Part shown: in pieces, positions 9,137-17,019 of the stretch
How positions within the stretch are numbered: position 1 is the first letter of the stretch
Layout of the letters: every line of letters begins with the position of its first letter
NCBI GenBank assembly: GCA_017503865.1
Contig: JAFVSI010000023.1
Location: 7,369 to 71,368, forward strand
Source: Clostridia bacterium
GTDB lineage: Bacteria; Bacillota; Clostridia; Oscillospirales; CAG-272
Reading direction: 5' to 3'
DNA: 64,000 nt
Position numbers and translations under genes: made by a program
Notes under the pieces: generated by a model
Told to the model about the DNA's origin: nothing
The model's database searches: none
What the model saw: the letters and a program-made list of their open reading frames with translations, nothing else

Positions 9137-10498
9137 ATGAAAAGAATAATTTGCTTAATACTTGCACTTTTTATGCTTGTATCGCTTGTTGCGTGCGGCG
9201 ACACAACTTCCTCCTCAGATGATACAGGCGACTCACAGGCAGAGAATACCCCCGCAGGACCTTACACAGGTGAATTTAAGGTAGGCTTTTCGAGAGTGGT
9301 TATAACTCCCACCGAGGCACAGATGAAGAGTGCGGGCTTTAATAGAGTTGACAGCGACCTTACTGCCACCTGCATTGCTTTCAATGACGGTAAGACAACG
9401 TCTCTTATCTACACCATTGACACGCAGAATATTTCGCAGAAATACAGTGATACCGTAAAGGCGAGAATTAAGGCGGTAACAAAGGTTAAGGAAGAGAATA
9501 TCTTTATCTCGGCAATACACACCCACTCCTCGCTTTATCCCGATTCAAATGCCGCTTGGGCAACCTCGGTATTTCTTCCGAAAATGGCTGATGCCGCAAA
9601 GGAGGCGATTGCCGACCTTAGCGATGCAACTGCATATCTTGGAGAGGGTAAGTCAACGGGAATGGCATTTGTTCGCCGTTACATAAATTCCGATGGAACG
9701 ATGTCCTCTGTAAATCCTACAAACAAGTCTGTTAAATGTGTAAGCGAGGCTGACGATACCGTTCTTGCACTTCGTTTTGTAAGAGAGGGCAAGAAGGACG
9801 TAGTTATTGTAAACTGGCAGGCACACCCCGCACACGCAATTTCGGCAATGCCTACCTCTATCTCGGCTGACTTTGTTCGCTACGTAAGAGAAGGCGTTGA
9901 GGGTACGGACGATGACGCACTCGTAGCATATTTCTCAGGTGCACTCGGCAACATCAACCTCAATCCCCCCAACCGTTCCATGAGAAAGTACAAGGACTTT
10001 ATCGAGGTTGGTAAGGCACTTGCAAAGGTAGTAGTTGACATTTCAAAGACCGACAAGATGGAAAAGCTTGAGGTGGGTAACGTAAAGACTACCGCAGAGA
10101 AGTATGATGCTCCCATGAAGAAGGACGACGCGGCAGTAGTTGCGGCAGCTCAAAAGAATTTTGATGCAGGCAAGGCAACTAAGGAAGAAAAATATATCGT
10201 TGCACGAAACAAGGAAGATACAATAAAGATGTACCTCGGCTGTGTTTCTTTCGGTGATATAGCGTTTATTGCAGTTCCTTACGAGATGTTCGATAACAAC
10301 GGTGTTCAGATAAGAGAGGGCTCTCCCTTCAAGACTACCTTTATTATGACTAATGCTGACGGCGACCACGCATATATGCCTTCACGCGAGGCGTGGGAGG
10401 AGTATGGCGGATACGAGACCGAGGCAACTCTCTTCGGCTCGGGAACCGCAGAGCTTTTAGTTGAGGAGTATATTCGTATTCTCAAGTCACACAAGTAA
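9137..10498 (+). CDS. lipoprotein, ceramidase-like hydrolase, tandem paralog 6 (shortest and most divergent)
   Basis: Start ATG 9137. Its RBS/start context (ccctatgaaaggaaaaaatATGaaaagaata) almost duplicates that of paralog 1. Lipobox MKRIICLILALFMLVSLVAC-G. Motifs ISAIHTHSS, KEAIADLSDAT, GMAFVRR, GALGNINL and PYEMFDNNG. Confidence 0.7.
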   Translation: MKRIICLILALFMLVSLVACGDTTSSSDDTGDSQAENTPAGPYTGEFKVGFSRVVITPTEAQMKSAGFNRVDSDLTATCIAFNDGKTTSLIYTIDTQNISQKYSDTVKARIKAVTKVKEENIFISAIHTHSSLYPDSNAAWATSVFLPKMADAAKEAIADLSDATAYLGEGKSTGMAFVRRYINSDGTMSSVNPTNKSVKCVSEADDTVLALRFVREGKKDVVIVNWQAHPAHAISAMPTSISADFVRYVREGVEGTDDDALVAYFSGALGNINLNPPNRSMRKYKDFIEVGKALAKVVVDISKTDKMEKLEVGNVKTTAEKYDAPMKKDDAAVVAAAQKNFDAGKATKEEKYIVARNKEDTIKMYLGCVSFGDIAFIAVPYEMFDNNGVQIREGSPFKTTFIMTNADGDHAYMPSREAWEEYGGYETEATLFGSGTAELLVEEYIRILKSHK

Positions 10499-10514
10499 GA
10501 TTTTAAATATTGAA

Positions 10515-10548
10515 GAAAACCACCTTTCGAGGTGGTTTTCTTTGTTTT
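10515..10548 (+). terminator. rho-independent terminator closing the lipoprotein operon
   Basis: GAAAACCACC-tttcga-GGTGGTTTTC followed by TTTGTTTT, 17 nt after the paralog-6 stop. Confidence 0.8.
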
Positions 10549-10740
10549 AAACGGTAGAAAAATAAATTTGTCTTTATCCAAAGATAACGCAAAGAAGTCT
10601 TTTGGTAACATTTCGTTTAACGCCCAACCATTCGCTATTACAAAGAACAAATGTGGGAATGTGGGAAAAATCCAAAAAAACACCTCAAAAAAATAGACAT
10701 AATGCACAATTAGAACAAGAAAATTAGTCTTTTTTGTGCA

Positions 10741-10769
10741 TTGACTTGTGGTTTTGTTTGGGGTAAAAT
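10741..10769 (+). promoter_or_regulatory. promoter candidate for metallophosphoesterase paralog 1
   Basis: TTGACT (10741-46), 17 nt, TAAAAT (10764-69). The -35 is overlapped by the inverted repeat AATGCACAA/TTGTGCATT. Confidence 0.5.
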
Positions 10770-10831
10770 AATTATATACATTATCATAGTAAAAATATGA
10801 TTTATGAAACTTTTTGAAAAGGAGAATTTTT

Positions 10832-13360
10832 ATGACACGTTCAAGAAGAATCAGGATAGTGGCAATTGTAGCGACCTTCGCAATTGTTTTGCCGCTTCTT
10901 GTAGCATCCCTTAACGCAGTTACAGCCCCGATGTCATCGGCGGAGTGGTCTGACCTTGACGTATTCTACGAGGAGGAGATAGCTCCCGTAGATACAAACA
11001 TTACCCCCGAGTCATTCGTTATCGGTGAAACGGTTTACGATCCCGACCTTACGAGCACCACAGCATTGCCTGAGGGCTGGCTTGCAGGTCCTCCTAAGTA
11101 CAGCACTTGGTACAAAAACGGTGGTCAATCCAGCGGCGGATGGGCTACTGCTGTTGATGAAAATACTACAACAAGCACAGCACTTAACACAAGCGTAGTT
11201 ATGCCTACCGCAGACGGCGTTAAGGTAACAACTGCAGGAAACGGAGACTTTGCTGTTTTGTTCCCCTCGCTTAAGAATTCAAGCGGCAAGGCAGTAACAA
11301 ACTACGTTTTCACCGCAGTAATAAACTACGTTGGCGAGTCAAAGGGCTCGGCAGGTCTTCTTACCGCTTCTCGTGGTAGTGAGAACACATTTGTTGGCGG
11401 TTCGTATTTTATGCTTTACGGTCCGGGTGACACAAGCAGCCATAGAATATATAAGTTTAACGGTACGAGAACCGATTTGATTTCGTATAGCAGCATTACA
11501 AAGACCGGCACGGGCGGTATAAATTATACTACCGGTCAGGATATGACGCTTACTGTTTATTTCTGTGACGGAATAAACTACTATTACGTAAACGGTAATC
11601 ACATTTTTACAACTCCTGCTCCCGATTATTATAACGGTGCTTCTCTTAACGGAATTGGACTTAATTTCAGTACAACTAAGAACTGTCTTATAAAGGACAT
11701 CGTTGTCAAGGAACTTGCCCCCAAGGTTGCTGTTTCCTCTGACATTAAGCTCGGCGAGCCCACAATAAGATATTGTTCGCCTCTCGGTGTCGTTACAGGA
11801 GACGACTCTGAGGGACTTCGCTTCACGGCAACAGTTGACAAGACTTCCGATACGTATAAGAACAATGTAAGCGGTACTTATGCGGCAACCAACGAGAACG
11901 TTAAGTTCGGTATGCTCCTTATTCCCGAGGACCTTATTCCCGATAACGGTCTTATAACCGTTGATACACCTAACGTGCTTGACACAGTCGTTGAGAAGAT
12001 AGACAGCCAGGACGATAATTCTCTTACTTATGCTGTTTCGCTTCTGAATATTCCCGATGCCCAGAGAGACCGTGTTTACGTGGCTCGTGCATATATGAAG
12101 GTTAAGAACGGAAGCTCTTGGAGCTATACCTACTCGAAAACAAAGGTATCTCGCTCCTATGCAGGTGTTGCAAATATTTGCTACACCGAGGCTTCAACTA
12201 AGGCAGTACGTGACCGCCTTGACGAGATGTTCGAGGGGGCGAACACTTACGAGGGTGGAGAAGCAAAGACACTTACTTTCTCACTCTTTGCCGACCTTCA
12301 CTATTATCCCGGCGGATATATAACCCCTGTTTCACACGTTGACAAGATAATGACTAAGGCAAATCTCAATGACGTTGATTTCGTTATGCAGGCGGGCGAT
12401 TTCTGTAACAATTTCCCCGGCTCTCCCGAAATTGTAAACGCATATCTCGGTAATAGCTACAATCTTCCTGCCTATGGTGTTATGGGTAACCACGACCTTG
12501 AAAATGGCGGTAAGCTTAGATCCGGTACAACCACGACTGACGTTACCTCAAATCTTACAAACAGAAATGACAGTGTAGTTTGGGGAACTGCTGACGGAAA
12601 AATTGGTGACGGTAGCATAGCTTACTACTACTTTGACGTAAACGGCTTCCGTGTTATTTGTACCGATACAAACTACTATTACTACGTAAACGGAGACGTT
12701 AAGGAATACAGACATTATCCTTCTTGGTATGCAGGACCCGGTAGTGATGCTTCATACGCCGAAAAGACCAACTGTCTTGGTGACACACAGAGAGCTTGGC
12801 TTGAGAAGGTTCTTATGGATGCGGCTGAAAATGATATTCCTTGTATCGTTGTAACTCACGCAAGCACAGCGGGCACAAGAGGCTCGTCACAGTGCGGAGA
12901 CTATAAGGAAGTTCAGGAAATATTCCGCAAGGCTAATAACAAGAATCTCGGAACAGTTCTTATGGCTATCAACGGACACCACCATACAAACCACACCGAG
13001 TACGTTGACGGAATCCTTTACTTCGATATGAATACAAGTAACGGTGCGTACGTTCCCGACGGAAGCACAAAGACACCGAACTATGCAGAGGATGCTACCT
13101 TTGAGTACGTTGAGTACGATTCTGACGGAGTTGCAACGAGCACTTCCACAAAGCTTATAACTACACTCGGCTCTCTCGGTCAGAACGAAATGTTCTACTT
13201 TGAGGGACCTCTCAGCGCGATAGTTCACGTTTCCTCGAACGGTAGAATTATTATCGAGGGTGACTCGACCGATTGGTATCTTGACGTTGCTCCCGCAAAT
13301 CCTTCGGACGGAGAAGAGCCCTTTGTAAACAGTGGTGTATTTAACGTAGGACAGCACTGA
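10832..13360 (+). CDS. secreted multidomain calcineurin-like metallophosphoesterase (paralog 1)
   Basis: Start ATG 10832 after AAAGGAG. Signal peptide MTRSRRIRIVAIVATFAIVLPLLVASLNAV. The N-terminal ~300 aa are lectin/ConA-like by composition. Metallophosphoesterase motifs are LFADLHYY, QAGDFCNN, GVMGNHD, VVTHAS and INGHHHTNH. Confidence 0.75.
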   Translation: MTRSRRIRIVAIVATFAIVLPLLVASLNAVTAPMSSAEWSDLDVFYEEEIAPVDTNITPESFVIGETVYDPDLTSTTALPEGWLAGPPKYSTWYKNGGQSSGGWATAVDENTTTSTALNTSVVMPTADGVKVTTAGNGDFAVLFPSLKNSSGKAVTNYVFTAVINYVGESKGSAGLLTASRGSENTFVGGSYFMLYGPGDTSSHRIYKFNGTRTDLISYSSITKTGTGGINYTTGQDMTLTVYFCDGINYYYVNGNHIFTTPAPDYYNGASLNGIGLNFSTTKNCLIKDIVVKELAPKVAVSSDIKLGEPTIRYCSPLGVVTGDDSEGLRFTATVDKTSDTYKNNVSGTYAATNENVKFGMLLIPEDLIPDNGLITVDTPNVLDTVVEKIDSQDDNSLTYAVSLLNIPDAQRDRVYVARAYMKVKNGSSWSYTYSKTKVSRSYAGVANICYTEASTKAVRDRLDEMFEGANTYEGGEAKTLTFSLFADLHYYPGGYITPVSHVDKIMTKANLNDVDFVMQAGDFCNNFPGSPEIVNAYLGNSYNLPAYGVMGNHDLENGGKLRSGTTTTDVTSNLTNRNDSVVWGTADGKIGDGSIAYYYFDVNGFRVICTDTNYYYYVNGDVKEYRHYPSWYAGPGSDASYAEKTNCLGDTQRAWLEKVLMDAAENDIPCIVVTHASTAGTRGSSQCGDYKEVQEIFRKANNKNLGTVLMAINGHHHTNHTEYVDGILYFDMNTSNGAYVPDGSTKTPNYAEDATFEYVEYDSDGVATSTSTKLITTLGSLGQNEMFYFEGPLSAIVHVSSNGRIIIEGDSTDWYLDVAPANPSDGEEPFVNSGVFNVGQH

Positions 13361-13376
13361 GAAAGGATAATTACAG

Positions 13377-13964
13377 ATGAAAAGAATTATATTATGTCTG
13401 TTATTGATCCTTTGTATAACAGTGGCATTTATAGCGTGTTCCGGCGATGATTCCCCCTCGGGTGATACCGATGAAATCACTACCGACACACCCACAACAG
13501 AGGCTGAGATAACAGAAATTGAGACTGATGCTCCCGACAGCACCGAGCCTCCTACTACCGAGGCTGACACGGCAACTCCCGTATCTACCGATGCGCTAAC
13601 TACCGAGGCTGTGACGACCGGAGCAGTAACTACCGAAGCGGCAACTACTGAGGCTGTAACCACAAGTGCCCCCTCAGGCGGAGGCGGTGGTGGCGGAGCA
13701 GTTCCACCGTCCGGCGGCGGTGGCGGAGGAGGAAGCGTGCCTCCGTCTCCCCCTCCTGCTGATACGGATACAACGGCTGCTGATACCACGGTGGCTCCCG
13801 ACACACAAGCACCTGATACCGATGAGCTTGACGGAAGCATTTTTGAAAATGATAATGACGTGAATTATCCCGATTCTTGGAATCCTTCAACTGTCGAGGG
13901 ACTTGACGGAAAGATATTTGAGAATGACAATGATGTAGAATACCCCAATTTCTGGGTCTCGTAA
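13377..13964 (+). CDS. low-complexity lipoprotein (Thr/Glu-rich linker, Gly7 tracts, C-terminal tandem motif)
   Basis: Lipobox MKRIILCLLLILCITVAFIAC-S. TTEA-type repeats. The unit GGGGGGGAVPPS/GGGGGGGSVPPS is encoded by a 2 x 36-nt duplication. The motif LDG(S/K)IFENDNDV(N/E)YP occurs twice. Confidence 0.6.
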   Translation: MKRIILCLLLILCITVAFIACSGDDSPSGDTDEITTDTPTTEAEITEIETDAPDSTEPPTTEADTATPVSTDALTTEAVTTGAVTTEAATTEAVTTSAPSGGGGGGGAVPPSGGGGGGGSVPPSPPPADTDTTAADTTVAPDTQAPDTDELDGSIFENDNDVNYPDSWNPSTVEGLDGKIFENDNDVEYPNFWVS

Positions 13965-14020
13965 GAGTCTTGGCTTAAAAGAATCGGTGAAATGCTCTGC
14001 GATTCCAGAACAAAATAAAT

Positions 14021-14051
14021 TGCCCCGCACTAACGGTGCGGGGCATGTTTT
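14021..14051 (+). terminator. rho-independent terminator
   Basis: TGCCCCGCAC-taacg-GTGCGGGGCA followed by TGTTTTG. Confidence 0.75.
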
Positions 14052-14103
14052 GTAAATGTCAAAATGCACAAACAGAGCTAAATTATTTGGTGTAAAAAAG
14101 ATA

Positions 14104-14132
14104 TTGAAAAAAACGGGGAAATAATGTAAAAT
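14104..14132 (+). promoter_or_regulatory. promoter candidate for metallophosphoesterase paralog 2
   Basis: TTGAAA (14104-09), 17 nt, TAAAAT (14127-32). Confidence 0.5.
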
Positions 14133-14166
14133 ATAAGATGAAAAATGATGCAAAGGAGATATATTT

Positions 14167-16695
14167 ATGTCAAATTTCAAAAGATTTATTTTGACGTTGA
14201 CATCTATTGTTTTGGCACTCGTTATGCTTTTGTCAGTGGGCTGCACAAACGATGCGGGCAACAATGATGATGACGAAAACAACAACGGCAGCGGTGAGCA
14301 GCTTGAGGTTATTCCCGACACCAAGGATCCCTTCTCGGTAAATTCTTGGTCAGACCTTAAGGTTTAGGGGGAAGAGACGGTAGCTCCTACCGACTCTAAC
14401 GTTTCGGTCGATTCCTTCGTTGTGGGTGAGACTATTTACGAGCCCACACTCACAGGTAGCGGCAAGGGTGTTCCCGAGGGCTGGCTCGCAGTTCCCGATG
14501 CACTTGTTGCTTGGCCTAACAAGGGTGCTGCAGACGGCTGGGCAAACTATTCGGGCACAGATACCGATGCTAACGAAGAGATAAACACCGCCAGGTTTGT
14601 TTATACGGATACAGGTCTTAAGGCATCTATCGGCGGCGGAGACTTTTCACTTCTTATGCCTACCCTTAAGGATAGCGCGGGCAACGAGGTAGATAACTAC
14701 GTTTATACAGTAAAGGCTACATTCCCGACGGGAGCTAAAGGACAGTTCGGTCTCATTACGGGCACTCGCGGTAGCGACGTGACCTACAAGGGTGGTACCT
14801 TCCACTGCTACTATGCACCAAACGAGACTAATTCTTGGTACTACTATCATTATAGTGCAGCGGGACGTTCAGGCACAAAGGTTGCCGACACGGCAGCAAA
14901 TGCACTTCCTGCTCCTGTATTTGGAGAAGAGTTTACTATTAGCATCTATCACTGCGACGGAATGAACTACCTGCTCGTAAACGGAGAATACGTACACACG
15001 TACGCCGACGCAGATTATTACAACGGCGCAAAGCTTTCGGGCATTGGTCTTTATTTTTGTAACAGCACGGTAGTCTTTAACGAGATAACCGTTAAAAAGG
15101 TAAGCCCCAAGACTCAGCTCACAGGTGACATCACTCTCTCTGAGCCCGCAATAGTTCTTGATGCAGAGACAAACAAGGCAAACGGTCTTTCCTTTATCGC
15201 AAAGGTAAATAAGAGTGCAGATTTCTATGCGGGCAAGGTATCGGGCAATTATGACGTAGCTAACGAAGACGTTAAATTCGGTATGCTCGTTATCGCAGAG
15301 GACGCACTTCCCGCAAACGGTGTAGTGCTTGCGGATACTGCAAACGTTACCGATATCCCTGCCGACAAGGTAGTGCTTGAGGATTCAAACACACTTGCAT
15401 ACTCCGCACCCTTTACAGGCATTGCCGACGCAGACAGAGAAAAGGTTTACGTTGCACGTCCTTATGCAAAGGTTAAGGAGGGCGACTCCTATACTTATTA
15501 CTACTCAAAGACTGAGATCCTTCGCTCCTACGTCGGTGCTGCAAACATTTATTACACCGACTGTGAAAGTACAGCGGCACGTGCACTTCTTGACGAGGCG
15601 TTTGCAGGCTGTGACTCGTACGTTGGTGCTAATGCAAAGACGATGACCTTTGCATTGTTTGCAGACCTTCACTACTACAAGAACACCTATATCACAAGTG
15701 TAGCAAAGCTTGAAAAGATACTTGCAAGAGCAAATGCGGAAAAGGTTGACTTCGTAATTCAGGCGGGTGACTACTGTAACAACTTCAGAAAATCTCCTGA
15801 GATCATAGACACCTATATCAATAACAAATACGACCTTCCCGTATACGGAGTTATGGGTAACCATGACTGCGAAAACGGAAGCGATATGATGAACTTTGTA
15901 ACCGAGCGTCTTAACAACCGCGAGGTCGTTTGGGGAACAGCTAACGGTAAGCGCGGTGACGGAAGTATAGCTTATTTCCACTTTGATACCGAAGAGGGCT
16001 ACCGTATAGTTTGCTGTGATACAAACTACTACTACAATACAGCTAAAAAGGTTTGGGAACATTATCCTGACTGGTATTCGGGCCCGAGCGTAAAGACCTA
16101 CTCTCAGGCGAACTCGCTTGGCGACACACAGCGTCAGTGGCTCGAGAAGGTGCTTATGGACGCAGCTGATAAGGATATGCCTTGTATCGTTGTAACCCAC
16201 GCTTCTATGTCGGGCAACAGAAATACGGGCTCTGATGCTAACCTTGTTCGTGAGATATTCAATAAGGTAAACGCAAAGAATCTCGGCACGGTGCTTATGG
16301 TCATCAACGGACACCATCACACCAACCACACCGAGTACGTTGATGGAATCCTTTACTTCGATATGAACACAAGTAACGGTGCATACGTTCCCGACGGAAG
16401 TGCAAAGACACCGAACTATCCTGGAAACGCTACCTTTGAGTACGTTGAGTACGATTCAAACGGCAAGCCAACGGGTACGAAGAACAAGAGAATAAACGAT
16501 CTTCAGTCTATCGGTAAGAACGAAATGTATTACTTTGAGGATTCTCTCAGTGCAATAGTTCACGTTTCCTCTAACGGACGTATAATTATCGAGGGAGACC
16601 AGACCGATTGGTATCTCGGCGTTGCTCCCGCCAACCCCGGTGACGGAGAAGAGCCTCTCGTCAACAGCGGAGTTTTCAGTGTAGGAATGCACTAA
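14167..16695 (+). pseudogene. lipoprotein-type metallophosphoesterase paralog 2 interrupted by one in-frame TAG (pseudogene, assembly error or recoded gene)
   Basis: ORFs 14167..14367 (lipobox LLSVGC-T) and 14422..16695 lie in the same frame, separated only by TAG at 14365-67. Translation across it (SWSDLKV*GEETVAPTDSNVSVDSFVVGETIYEP) aligns colinearly with paralog 1 (EWSDLDVFYEEEIAPVDTNITPESFVIGETVYDP). The metallophosphoesterase motifs are all intact downstream. Confidence 0.65.
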
Positions 16696-16713
16696 TTTAA
16701 AATCTAATCAAAA

Positions 16714-16747
16714 AGCCCCACGCAACCGCGTGGGGCTCTCTTTGTTT
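16714..16747 (+). terminator. rho-independent terminator
   Basis: AGCCCCACGC-aacc-GCGTGGGGCT followed by CTCTTTGTTT. Confidence 0.75.
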
Positions 16748-16791
16748 ATAAATTGGTATTTATCGGGGAGTTAGTTTGTGTTAGGTTTTTT

Positions 16792-16991
16792 TCGAACCCT
16801 TCCCCAAAAGGGTTCGAGCTCCCAAAACTTCTCATACATTTTTAAGGATATAGGGGGAAGAAAGCAATTCAATATCCGCTCAGATGCGGATATTGAGATG
16901 AAATATAGCAACAAGCAAAGTCGCTAACGCAGCCCTTGTTCCGCCCTTCGTGCTCTGGGCGGGCACAAGGACGTGTAGGGACCTGCGTCCC
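16792..16991. other. cluster of four unrelated GC-rich inverted repeats in a convergent intergenic region
   Basis: The hairpins are 16792-16817 (10-bp stem), 16870-16895 (10-bp stem), 16934-16970 (6+6-bp stem with internal loop) and 16978-16991 (5-bp stem). None has a trailing T-run. Confidence 0.4.
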
Positions 16992-17019
16992 CAACGGTCC
17001 GTTTCACTGATTCGACAAT

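Noticed and set aside
10306-10707. 133-aa minus-strand ORF across the end of lipoprotein paralog 6 and the intergenic region
   Set aside because: It runs through a strong rho-independent terminator and the 3' end of a supported gene. It has no RBS and was judged spurious.
13675-13750. The 2 x 36-nt tandem duplication and the six-fold gene repeats, considered as a CRISPR or satellite array
   Set aside because: The repeats are in-frame coding sequence (the Gly7-xVPPS units and whole paralogous genes). There are no short identical repeats separated by unique spacers, and no cas genes.
12887-13840. 317-aa minus-strand ORF with poly-Pro/Gly/Ser/Val runs spanning the end of the metallophosphoesterase gene and the low-complexity lipoprotein gene
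   Set aside because: It is the mirror image of the plus-strand Thr/Glu/Gly/Pro low-complexity coding region. It crosses an intergenic gap and two supported plus-strand genes, and has no signal or RBS logic.
14365-14367. Interpreting the in-frame TAG as pyrrolysine
   Set aside because: No pylT, pylS or pylBCD genes and no methylamine methyltransferase context are visible in this window. The aligned residue in the paralog is an ordinary Phe/Tyr position. It is kept only as a remote option under the amber-codon findings.
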